Numbered from the stretch's first letter, positions 17,402-25,712 are shown. The stretch: DNA of 49,949 nucleotides from Candidatus Saccharimonadota bacterium (GCA_003962975.1 RXKC01000009.1:75578-125526); one strand, 5' to 3'. The notes: generated by a model not told the origin, from the letters alone. Program-made: numbers and translations.

Positions 17402-17634
17402 TGCTATAATAATTCTCGAGTGTTGAAGCGGCATCACCAACCGCAGAGCTCCGCCGGCAAGGTCAGACGTGCGATAACGTGCTGACAAGAGTAAAAGTCT
17501 ATGGTGGAACCTCCTGGGGAAACTCGGGACCAAAGACGCGACCATGTTGGAAATAGTTTAGTGTAATGCGAGAATACTAAACCCCAAGATGTCCGCGTCA
17601 TTTTTTTATTGCCAAAATAAATTAAGGAGAAGTT
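17402..17634 (+). promoter_or_regulatory. thrS 5' leader with extended -10 promoter and terminator/attenuator hairpin (possible atypical T-box)
   Basis: TGcTATAAT at 17402-17410. About 190-nt structured leader. Long imperfect hairpin 17535-17599 followed by T7 (17601-17607), then AAGGAG and the thrS ATG. GGTGGAACC at 17503-17511 resembles the T-box core GGUGGUACC. Confidence 0.5.
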
Positions 17635-19464
17635 ATGGCAGACAAATCTTTGGATCAGAACGATCAGTTACACGCTATGCGCCACTCGTTGGCTCATATT
17701 ATGGCGACTGCCGTAACTACTCTATGGCCAGAAGCAAAACTGGGCGTTGGTCCAGTAATCGAGAATGGCTTTTATTATGACATTGACCTCGGTGATCAGA
17801 AGATCTCTGAGGAAGACTTTGAGAAAATCGAAAAGAAGATGCGTGGCGTCATTGCCCAAGATCAAACTTTCGAACGCTTTGAGCTGCCAGTAGACGAAGC
17901 AATTGCCTGGGCCAAAGAAGCTAAACAGCCCTATAAAGAAGAGCTGTTGAACGATCTCAAACGAGCCGGCACGACCGTTGCTAAAGATTTAAGTAGTGAT
18001 GAGATGGGCACAGTGTCTGAGGGTGAGGGACAGGTAGAAAATGTATCTTTCTACCGCAACGGTGACTTTACTGATCTTTGCCGTGGCCCGCATGCTGAAT
18101 CGACGGGCAAAGTCGGAGCCTTCAAGCTCATGAGGGTGGCTGGTGCTTACTGGCGTGGTAATGAAAAGAATGCTCAGATGCAGCGCCTCTATGGCGTGGC
18201 TTTTGCTACCCAAGAAGAGCTTGATAGTTTCCTAAAGATGCAAGAAGAAGCCAAGGCGCGTGATCATCGTAAGCTTGGGAGTGAACTTGATCTGTTCGTA
18301 TTTTCAGATCTAGTAGGCTCGGGTTTGCCACTGTACACTCCTCGGGGAACCTTGATAAGAGATCTCTTGATCAGACATTCTGAAGGCCTTCGCCAGGCAA
18401 TCGGCTTCCAGCGAGTGTGGACACCCCATATTACGAAAAAAGAACTGTATGAAGCCTCAGGCCACTGGGCTAAGTTCGGCGACGAGCTGTTTCTAGTAAA
18501 AAGCCAGGAAACTAGCGATGAACTAGTCATGAAGCCGATGAATTGCCCTCACCATGCGCAAATCTATAGCTCACAACCACGAAGCTACCGTGACCTCCCT
18601 CTGCGCTATCTAGAGACTGCTACTTGTTACCGCGATGAAAAGAGCGGTGAGCTGCATGGTCTGTCGCGTGTACGATCACTGACTCAAGATGATAGCCATA
18701 CCTACTGCACCGAAGACCAAGTTGCCGAAGTATTTCAGGGAAGTATTAAAGCTATCCAGGCCTTTTACGCCAGCATCGATATGGACCTACAGGTTCGCCT
18801 TTCGTTTCGGGATGAGAGCGACGCCTACTTAGGCGAGCAGGCTCAATGGGACTTTGGCCAAGCAAAAATTAAAGAGATTGCAGAAGCAAACCAGCTCGAC
18901 TTTTACATCGAAGAAGGTGAAGCTGCCTTTTACGGTCCTAAGATCGACTTCATGGCGATCGATGCCATTGGTAGAAAATGGCAAGTGGCGACCATTCAGA
19001 TTGATTTCGTGCAGCCAGAACGTTTTGACCTAACGTATGTTGATGCTGCCGGCGCCAAGCAACGACCATTCATGATCCATGTTGCCATCATGGGTTCATT
19101 CGACCGCTTCTTCTCGGTCTATATCGAGCACACGGCTGGTTGGTTCCCATTATGGGTAGCTCCAGAGCAAGTGCGAGTGCTGACTATTAATGACAGTGTG
19201 GCGGACTACGTAGACCAGATAAAAGCTGTGCTAGACGATACCGTATTAATGCAGCCCGTAAAATACAACGAGTTGCGCTACAGTGTTGATGACCGCAATG
19301 AATCTCTTGGCAAGAAAATTCGTGATGCGGTCGGCCTGAAGATTCCTGTGGTACTGATTGTTGGACCAAAAGATGTTGAGGCTGGCGAGGTCAGTGTGCG
19401 TCTGCAAGACGGTGAACAAAAAGTGAAGCTCGCTCAGTTGCATGAATTCTTAACTTCGTTATAG
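17635..19464 (+). CDS. thrS: threonyl-tRNA synthetase
   Basis: 609 aa. Editing/second additional domain HAMRHSLAHIM, class II core (RDHRKLG, FRDE, GPKIDF), C-terminal anticodon-binding domain. Confidence 0.97.
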   Translation: MADKSLDQNDQLHAMRHSLAHIMATAVTTLWPEAKLGVGPVIENGFYYDIDLGDQKISEEDFEKIEKKMRGVIAQDQTFERFELPVDEAIAWAKEAKQPYKEELLNDLKRAGTTVAKDLSSDEMGTVSEGEGQVENVSFYRNGDFTDLCRGPHAESTGKVGAFKLMRVAGAYWRGNEKNAQMQRLYGVAFATQEELDSFLKMQEEAKARDHRKLGSELDLFVFSDLVGSGLPLYTPRGTLIRDLLIRHSEGLRQAIGFQRVWTPHITKKELYEASGHWAKFGDELFLVKSQETSDELVMKPMNCPHHAQIYSSQPRSYRDLPLRYLETATCYRDEKSGELHGLSRVRSLTQDDSHTYCTEDQVAEVFQGSIKAIQAFYASIDMDLQVRLSFRDESDAYLGEQAQWDFGQAKIKEIAEANQLDFYIEEGEAAFYGPKIDFMAIDAIGRKWQVATIQIDFVQPERFDLTYVDAAGAKQRPFMIHVAIMGSFDRFFSVYIEHTAGWFPLWVAPEQVRVLTINDSVADYVDQIKAVLDDTVLMQPVKYNELRYSVDDRNESLGKKIRDAVGLKIPVVLIVGPKDVEAGEVSVRLQDGEQKVKLAQLHEFLTSL

Positions 19465-19472
19465 GTTTAAAG

Positions 19473-20078
19473 ATGAAGCGTAAAACCATTGCCGTTGATC
19501 TTGATGATGTGCTTGCCTATAGTGCTGCAGCCTTTGTTGCCTATAGCAATAAACAGTGGGGAACTACCCTAGAAGTTGATGACTTTACCGAGCATTGGGC
19601 CGAGATGTGGGGTATTTCTATCGAGGAGACCCTCAAGCGACGCGATCGTATTTATAAGGATCGAGTACAAGTTGAACTGGATGTAATGACAGATGCCAAA
19701 GAGGCGCTCACCAGACTTGCAGATCGCTTCAATCTAATTATCGTTACGGCACGACCTTTGGTCTTACAAAAAGGTACTCTCGAATGGCTTGATCAGTACT
19801 ACAAGGGAGTCTTTAGTGATGTTCATTTCGCTGGCATTTGGGACACCGATACAGACCATGAAGCAGCAAACAAGATGACCAAAGCCAAGATTATCAAAGA
19901 GCTTGGTGCTGACTACTTTATCGATGATCATCCAAAACACTGCTTCGCAGTTGCCGCCGAAGGTGTGCCAACCGTGCTGTTCGGGGACTATAAGTGGAGT
20001 CGTGGTCTCACACTACCAGACGGTGTCACAAGAGTGGCTAATTGGGCTGAGGTTGAGGACTACTTCCGTGACAAATAG
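19473..20078 (+). CDS. HAD-superfamily hydrolase (nucleotidase-like)
   Basis: Motif I IAVDLDDVL. 201 aa. Paralogous to the next gene. Confidence 0.65.
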   Translation: MKRKTIAVDLDDVLAYSAAAFVAYSNKQWGTTLEVDDFTEHWAEMWGISIEETLKRRDRIYKDRVQVELDVMTDAKEALTRLADRFNLIIVTARPLVLQKGTLEWLDQYYKGVFSDVHFAGIWDTDTDHEAANKMTKAKIIKELGADYFIDDHPKHCFAVAAEGVPTVLFGDYKWSRGLTLPDGVTRVANWAEVEDYFRDK

Positions 20079-20691
20079 TAAACGAAGGCCACTAATCGCA
20101 GTTGATTTAGATGATGTCCTATCTCAAACAAATGAATTTATGAGAATACATGTTAATGAGAATTATGGCCAGAAGCATTCAGCCAAGGACTATCTTATTG
20201 AAGCGCCTTACCACAACTACTGGGAAATCGTTTGGGCTGTAGATGAAACGGAAGGGAATACAAGATACGCCTCATATTCTAAGCTCCGCAACGGCGATAA
20301 CATGCGACCAATACAAGGAGCGTTGTCCGTGCTAAAAAAACTTAAAAAAGACTTTGATCTTATTATCATCACTGCTCGTGGTACAGATGATGCAGAGGCT
20401 ACTAAAATATGGCTTGAGAAAAACTATCCAAGTATTTTTGATCACATTGAATTTGTTCCTGCTGCCATGAATGCAGACAAGGAAGTTACAAAAGCAATGA
20501 TTTGTCGGCAACTTGGCGTCGATTACGTTATTGATGATGCCATGGAGCACTGTGAGCTTATAGCTGAAGCGGGTATACAGTGTCTATTGTTCGGAGAGTA
20601 TGGCTGGAGCAGATACAAGACTCTGCCACCTTTGGTAAGTCGAGTAACGGATTGGTCTGCAGTTGAGGAATACTTTAATGCAGCCCAATGA
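20068..20691 (+). CDS. HAD-superfamily hydrolase, tandem paralog
   Basis: In-frame GTG at 20068 gives VTNSKRRPLIAVDLDDVL..., the same motif I and the same length class as the upstream gene. The tracked start at 19903 lies inside the upstream gene and is rejected. Confidence 0.65.
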   Translation: MTNSKRRPLIAVDLDDVLSQTNEFMRIHVNENYGQKHSAKDYLIEAPYHNYWEIVWAVDETEGNTRYASYSKLRNGDNMRPIQGALSVLKKLKKDFDLIIITARGTDDAEATKIWLEKNYPSIFDHIEFVPAAMNADKEVTKAMICRQLGVDYVIDDAMEHCELIAEAGIQCLLFGEYGWSRYKTLPPLVSRVTDWSAVEEYFNAAQ

Positions 20692-20998
20692 CCCTGATTT
20701 CCGTGACCGTGTGTACGCCATTGTAGCATCCATACCCAAGGGCAGACTGATGACCTATGGGCAGATAGCCGCCTTAGCTGGCAGCCCTCGGGCAGCGCGT
20801 ATCGTCGGCGGGGTAGCTCACTTTGGTGACCCTAGCTTGCCTTGGCAACGGGTCGTTAAAAAGGACGGCTCACTTGCAGAAGGCTATCCTGGCGGAACTG
20901 AAGGCCATGCTGCTGCTCTGGAGGCTGAAGGCGTTTCCGTCACGGATTACAGGGTAGATATCGCTCGACTTGTGTGGCTACCGAATGGAGTGGAGTAA
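20678..20998 (+). CDS. alkyltransferase-like (ATL) protein, MGMT-family DNA-binding domain without the active-site Cys
   Basis: IPKGRLMTYGQIAALAG...RIVGG...PWQRVV, where true O6-alkylguanine transferases have PCHRV. ATG at 20678 overlaps the previous gene by 14 nt. Confidence 0.75.
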   Translation: MQPNDPDFRDRVYAIVASIPKGRLMTYGQIAALAGSPRAARIVGGVAHFGDPSLPWQRVVKKDGSLAEGYPGGTEGHAAALEAEGVSVTDYRVDIARLVWLPNGVE

Positions 20999-21023
20999 TA
21001 TAAGAGGATGATACAGCAAATAG

Positions 21024-21842
21024 TTGTTATTGCGAGTGGCGGTGTTCTCTTTGGGTATTGAGCAAAAACACCCGGGTCCGCTTTTAGTTATTGTTGGTCC
21101 AACAGCAAGTGGCAAGACAGCTCTCGCTATTGGGCTTGCTAAGCAATTCAACGGTGAAATCATCTGCGCCGACTCCCGCACTATTTATAATGGGATGGAC
21201 ATTGGCACAGCCAAACCGACGGTGCCAGAAAGACAGGGGATACCCCATCATCTCCTTGATGTAGTGAGCCCAGATCAACCATTTACGGTTGCTGATTTTC
21301 AAAAGCGTGCTTACCAGGCCATTGCTGATATTCATGGGCGAGGGAAATTACCGATACTGGTCGGTGGTAGCGGGCTCTATATTGACGCAGTCATTTATAA
21401 CTACCAGTTTAATGCAGACACTAAGAGTCGAAGTCAGGTTAATACGCGTCATGCCAAAGAAGGTAGCTACCAGAAAGACCAGACGGTCAGAGATAACACC
21501 TTAATTATTGGCTTAGTTGTTGAGCAAGACTTACTGCGCGACCACATTGCCGAACGAGTTAACGACATGGTATGCCACGGGCTGATTGATGAAGTTAAGG
21601 ACCTTTCTCAGAAATATGGTTGGGATATCTCAGCCATGCAAGCACCAGCCTACAAATCTTTCCGCGCTTACTTGGCAGGTGAGCTAAGTCTAGAAGAAGC
21701 ATCAGCACTTTTTGTAACAGCAGACACCCAATTGGCAAAAAAACAACGCACCTGGTTTAAACGCAATAATAGTATTCAATGGGTTGATGACCCCAGTAAA
21801 GCTGTAGATTTAACGACAACGTTCTTGAACAAAACATCCTGA
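21024..21842 (+). CDS. miaA: tRNA dimethylallyltransferase
   Basis: P-loop VIVGPTASGKTALAI, then ICADSRTIYNGMDIGTAKPT and PILVGGSGLY. The start is uncertain (TTG 21024, GTG 21042 or TTG 21051). Confidence 0.9.
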   Translation: MLLRVAVFSLGIEQKHPGPLLVIVGPTASGKTALAIGLAKQFNGEIICADSRTIYNGMDIGTAKPTVPERQGIPHHLLDVVSPDQPFTVADFQKRAYQAIADIHGRGKLPILVGGSGLYIDAVIYNYQFNADTKSRSQVNTRHAKEGSYQKDQTVRDNTLIIGLVVEQDLLRDHIAERVNDMVCHGLIDEVKDLSQKYGWDISAMQAPAYKSFRAYLAGELSLEEASALFVTADTQLAKKQRTWFKRNNSIQWVDDPSKAVDLTTTFLNKTS

Positions 21843-21874
21843 ACAATAATCTTTCTATCTGTTACAATGGGAGC

Positions 21875-22477
21875 ATGATTGAGCAACTGTTTGGATCAAA
21901 GACAAGGGTAAAATTACTAAAGCTTTTTTATAGCAATCCGAACAGATCGTTCTATGTGCGCGAAATAACTCGCAAAATTGACGAGCAGATTAACTCAGTC
22001 CGGCGTGAGCTAGCTAACCTCCTTAGTATTGGAATCATTACGTCGGACGACACAGGCAATAAGTTGTATTACGAGGTAAATCAAAAATTTGATTTCCATG
22101 ATCCGCTCGCACAAATATTTGGTGGTGCTAAACCTAAGAAAGGTACAAAAACTGTCACGGCATCCGAGCCAGTTACATCGAATGCTGATCCTCTTAAAGT
22201 ACTCGGTAATGTCGAGTTAGCGCTGTATACAGGTCAGTTCACCAGAGACGATCGCAGTGGCATCGACTTTTTGTTGGTGGGAGATATTAATCAGACGCAG
22301 CTTACAAAATATATTGATGAGCTCGAACAAAAAGAGAAAAAAGAGATTCGTTATACCGTTTTCAGCCTTGAAGACTTTCAGTACCGTCAACAAATTAAAG
22401 ATCGTTTTATCGCCGACATACTTGCTTCAAAAGTCCAGGTGTTGGCAGATAAACATAATATATTCCCAGAGAAATAG
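21875..22477 (+). CDS. winged-helix (ArsR-like N-terminus) putative transcriptional regulator
   Basis: N-terminal KTRVKLLKLFYSNPNRSFYVREITRKIDEQINSVRRELANL resembles a wHTH. The C-terminal domain is unknown. Confidence 0.5.
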   Translation: MIEQLFGSKTRVKLLKLFYSNPNRSFYVREITRKIDEQINSVRRELANLLSIGIITSDDTGNKLYYEVNQKFDFHDPLAQIFGGAKPKKGTKTVTASEPVTSNADPLKVLGNVELALYTGQFTRDDRSGIDFLLVGDINQTQLTKYIDELEQKEKKEIRYTVFSLEDFQYRQQIKDRFIADILASKVQVLADKHNIFPEK

Positions 22478-22489
22478 TAAGGAGACGAT

Positions 22490-23116
22490 ATGGAAATTCA
22501 ATACTACGGTGGAAACTGTCTAAAAATCAGCACAAAAAAAGCAACCATAGTGGTGGACGACAATATAAAAGCCCTTGGTGGTAGTGATATCGCAAAGCCA
22601 GGTGACGTTGTTTTGTATACAGGTGCATCAGGAAAGCCCAAGGACCCAAAATTTCTCATCGCCCGACCAGGTGATTACGAAGTTGCCGACGTGGCTATCA
22701 CAGGTGTTGCCAGTCGTTCTCATCTAGATGAAGAAGGCAAAGAATCGGCCACTATGTACCGGATCGTCGCAGATGATGTACGTATAGCTGTTGTCGGACA
22801 TATTCATCCAGACTTGGGCGAGTCAGAGCTTGAAGCACTGGGGACTATAGATATCCTGATTATTCCTGTCGGTGGCCATGGCTTTACGCTAGATCCAGTT
22901 GGTGCGCTCAAAGTCATCAAAGAGATCGAACCAAAGCTTATTATTCCTACGCAGTATGATGACAAGAAACTGACCTACGAAGTCCCAGCTGTCAGCCTTG
23001 AAGAGGCGCTAAAGGGACTTGCTATGGAGCCAAAAGAAACTGTCGGCAAGCTTAAAATTAAAGGCTCAGAATTTGTAGCCGACCAAGCTCAGCTCATCGT
23101 TCTCGAATGCCAATAG
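22490..23116 (+). CDS. metallo-beta-lactamase-fold hydrolase
   Basis: 208 aa. Begins MEIQYYGGNCLKIS...IVVDD and has a later VGHIHPD motif, typical of small MBL-fold proteins. Confidence 0.6.
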   Translation: MEIQYYGGNCLKISTKKATIVVDDNIKALGGSDIAKPGDVVLYTGASGKPKDPKFLIARPGDYEVADVAITGVASRSHLDEEGKESATMYRIVADDVRIAVVGHIHPDLGESELEALGTIDILIIPVGGHGFTLDPVGALKVIKEIEPKLIIPTQYDDKKLTYEVPAVSLEEALKGLAMEPKETVGKLKIKGSEFVADQAQLIVLECQ

Positions 23117-23136
23117 TTTCAAGATACTTTGTGCAT

Positions 23137-23164
23137 TAAAAAAGCCCCGAGTAGGGGCTTTTTA
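23137..23164. terminator. bidirectional intrinsic terminator between convergent genes
   Basis: aaaaaagcccc-gagta-ggggcttttt, with A-run and T-run flanks. Confidence 0.75.
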
Positions 23165-23184
23165 CTTCTGGCTGAATCTCAGAT

Positions 23185-23376
23185 TTAAGCGATAACGCCT
23201 TTTTTCTTGAGGGTACGGATAGCTTGAGTACTGATCTTCATCTGTACTTTCTTGCCGTCAATAACCAAGGTCTTGGTTTGGAGGTTGGGCTTCCAGACTT
23301 TCTTGGTGTGACGCTGTGAAAAGCTAACGTTGTGACCGAATTGCTTTCCTTTGCCAGTAATTTCACATCTTTGCAT
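23185..23376 (-). CDS. rpmB: 50S ribosomal protein L28
   Basis: MQRCEITGKGKQFGHNVSFSQRHTKKVWKPNLQ... is a canonical L28 sequence. Confidence 0.93.
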   Translation of the reverse strand: MQRCEITGKGKQFGHNVSFSQRHTKKVWKPNLQTKTLVIDGKKVQMKISTQAIRTLKKKGVIA

Positions 23377-23501
23377 TGTTGTTCCTTTAGATTTGAAGCT
23401 TTATCAAATGATTCAAGGTGTTATTTTAGAGGTTTTACCTCTGAAAGTCAATACTCCGGTCATCAATATAATATGCTTATCTTTGTTATACTAGGAGGGC
23501 T

Positions 23502-24131
23502 ATGTTTTCGGAGCTTACAGGAAGTCAGTTACTAATCGTTTTTGGATCTATTCTATTGGCTATGGCCATTCATGAGGCGATGCATGCTTTTACTTCTCAT
23601 TGGCTGGGCGATACCACGGCTAAAGAGATGGGGCGACTAACGCTTAACCCTTTAAAACATATTGATGCACTGACGACTGTTTTGTTGCCGATGGTACTGA
23701 TTTTACTAGGGCTGCAGCCTTTCTTTATCGCAAAGCCTGTACCGTTTAATCCCGATCAGGTACGACACGAAGAATTCGGTGCGGCGCTGATTGGTATTGC
23801 GGGGCCACTCACCAACTTAGTATTAGCTATTGTTGCAGCAGGGATCATTCGCATCAGCGGGGCAGCTATTGGTACCAACATTTTTGAAATGCTGAGTATT
23901 TTTATGCAGGTTAACATTGGGCTGTTTGTATTTAACATGATTCCATTCCCGCCACTCGACGGATCGCGCTTACTGTATGCCTTTGCACCAGAGCCAGTGC
24001 AGAGACTGATGTATCAGGTTGAATCAATGGGCCTAACGGCCATACTGATCTTTATGTTCTTGCTCTATCCGTTGATCAGCCCAGTCGTCATAAATATTAT
24101 GAGTGGAATATATAGTTTTTTGCTTGGCTAA
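23502..24131 (+). CDS. M50-family (site-2 protease-like) membrane zinc metalloprotease
   Basis: HEAMHAFTSH (HExxH) in the first TM region. Polytopic. A PPLDGS motif lies in the C-terminal half. Confidence 0.8.
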   Translation: MFSELTGSQLLIVFGSILLAMAIHEAMHAFTSHWLGDTTAKEMGRLTLNPLKHIDALTTVLLPMVLILLGLQPFFIAKPVPFNPDQVRHEEFGAALIGIAGPLTNLVLAIVAAGIIRISGAAIGTNIFEMLSIFMQVNIGLFVFNMIPFPPLDGSRLLYAFAPEPVQRLMYQVESMGLTAILIFMFLLYPLISPVVINIMSGIYSFLLG

Positions 24132-24285
24132 ACAGGGTAGGTGCTATACTAAAAGTGGCTGAAGCCAACAATATGATAATCTGAATATTTATCATACGGG
24201 ATTCCAAGATTTAACAAGGCCGTGGCCGAGTTGTGCGGAAACCCACCTGGGTTTAATTCCAGGTTGTCATGTTGGTAGAACAGCT

Positions 24286-24312
24286 AAAACACCCCGTAAG
24301 GGGTGTTTTTTA
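24286..24312. terminator. bidirectional intrinsic terminator
   Basis: aaaacacccc-gtaa-ggggtgtttttt. Confidence 0.75.
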
Positions 24313-24317
24313 CTGAT

Positions 24318-24623
24318 TTAAGCTACTTTCGGCTGCACAATGTACACAGTATCTTGAATGCCGTCTGGTGGTTTGCCGCCACTCGAGCTACGAGGTTGGG
24401 TTTCGTCTAAGTGTGCTTCACGTGCCTGCTTAAGGGCTTTTGCTGTTGGCAGATCATCAATGTGTGAGGCTAAGGGGTAGGATTCGCCCGCAAAAGTATC
24501 ATGACCCATCAGGCCCCACTGATCATCTCCGTGGGCGTACGGGTTAGGTGAGCCTTCGATATGATCTGGAACTTCGGCTGGATCGCTAAATTTAAAGCTT
24601 GATTCATGAAAAATTGGGGGCAT
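24318..24623 (-). CDS. hypothetical protein (101 aa)
   Basis: Uninterrupted ORF with AGGAG about 6 nt upstream of the ATG. Acidic, no motif recognised. Confidence 0.5.
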   Translation of the reverse strand: MPPIFHESSFKFSDPAEVPDHIEGSPNPYAHGDDQWGLMGHDTFAGESYPLASHIDDLPTAKALKQAREAHLDETQPRSSSGGKPPDGIQDTVYIVQPKVA

Positions 24624-24710
24624 AAGAACTCCTATATAGTTGGGATTATAGATAGATCAAGAAAAATCGCAAGGATAAGCATTTTTCGACACATAAGGTG
24701 TATGTGATTT

Positions 24711-24786
24711 ATGGTCGGGGTGACAGGACTTGAACCTGCGACCTCACGGCCCCCAGCCGTACGCGCTACCAACTGCGCCACACCCC
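24711..24786 (-). tRNA. tRNA-Pro (anticodon GGG), CCA encoded
   Basis: Acceptor CGGGGTG/CACCCCG, anticodon arm TACGG-CTGGGGG-CCGTG, T loop GGTTCAAGTCC. Confidence 0.9.
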
Positions 24787-24852
24787 GACAGCAGGGGTAT
24801 AGTATACTCGTTTGCCCCTGTAATTAACAGGGCAATGTGAGACAATAGGGCT

Positions 24853-25683
24853 GTGAAAAGTCTTAAGCTTAACCATGAGTTTGCCCAGGCGGTATTGTCC
24901 GGTGCAACACGATCAACGTGGCGCATTAATGATGATAAAGACCTGCATGTTAACGATAATATATCGTTAATCGATAAAATTGATCCGTTAAACCCAACTA
25001 CATGGCAGCCTATTGGTATAGCTCGAATAACCAGTATTCTCGAAAAGCAGCTCGGTAACGTGACGGCCAGTGATGTGCCAGGCGAGAAACTAAAACCTCT
25101 CAAAGATTTGCTGCAAGAATTCCGAACATATTACGGGCCACAGGTAGACGCTGATACGCCAGTAAAAATAATCCGTTTTGATTTTGAAAAACAATCTCAC
25201 ATATCTGTCGCGAGCTCTCAGCCAGCGCTCGAGATGCAGCTATTCACCGATGGTGGTTCACGGGGCAACCCTGGTCCGTCTGCCTGTGGCTATGTGTTGC
25301 TGGATATGAAAGGGCAGGTGCTGGTAGAAAAAGGACTGGCGCTCGGTATTACAACCAACAATCAGGCAGAGTATCGCTCGTTAAAGTTGGGACTAGAAGC
25401 AGCTCTTGCTAAAAAGGTTACGGTGCTACATGTTTTTATGGACAGTATGTTGGTTATTGGCCAGATGAGGGGCAGTTATAAAGTGCGCAATACTGATTTA
25501 GCCCCGCTATATCAGGCAACCCAAGATCTCGCCGCTAAGTTCACTAAAATTACTTTTACGCATGTGCCGCGTGAACGAAATAAGCGAGCCGATGCCATGG
25601 TAAATGAAATACTGAATGCCCAAGTAGGTGATCGTGCCAGTGGTTTTCGGGGGCCTAAAAGGTCAGGGAGCAGTGGGCACTAA
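24853..25683 (+). CDS. ASCH-like domain fused to an RNase H (type 1) domain
   Basis: GTG start. The N-terminal ~120 aa are ASCH/PUA-like (LKLNHEFAQAVLSGATRSTWRINDD...). The C-terminal part has the RNase H DEDD pattern: FTDGGSRGNPG, NNQAEY, FMDSMLV, NKRADAMVN. Confidence 0.8.
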   Translation: MKSLKLNHEFAQAVLSGATRSTWRINDDKDLHVNDNISLIDKIDPLNPTTWQPIGIARITSILEKQLGNVTASDVPGEKLKPLKDLLQEFRTYYGPQVDADTPVKIIRFDFEKQSHISVASSQPALEMQLFTDGGSRGNPGPSACGYVLLDMKGQVLVEKGLALGITTNNQAEYRSLKLGLEAALAKKVTVLHVFMDSMLVIGQMRGSYKVRNTDLAPLYQATQDLAAKFTKITFTHVPRERNKRADAMVNEILNAQVGDRASGFRGPKRSGSSGH

Positions 25684-25712
25684 AAAACCCAAGCGTTTAA
25701 TCTTGGGCGCTT

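Noticed and set aside
24246-24263. Hairpin cctgg-gtttaatt-ccagg, considered as a tRNA-like anticodon arm (TTA) or T arm, together with a GTGGCCGAG D-arm-like string upstream
   Set aside because: The loop is 8 nt. No acceptor stem, T arm or CCA end can be built around it, so no cloverleaf forms.
24744-25103. 119-aa minus-strand ORF
   Set aside because: It overlaps tRNA-Pro and is antisense to the well-supported ASCH-RNase H gene.
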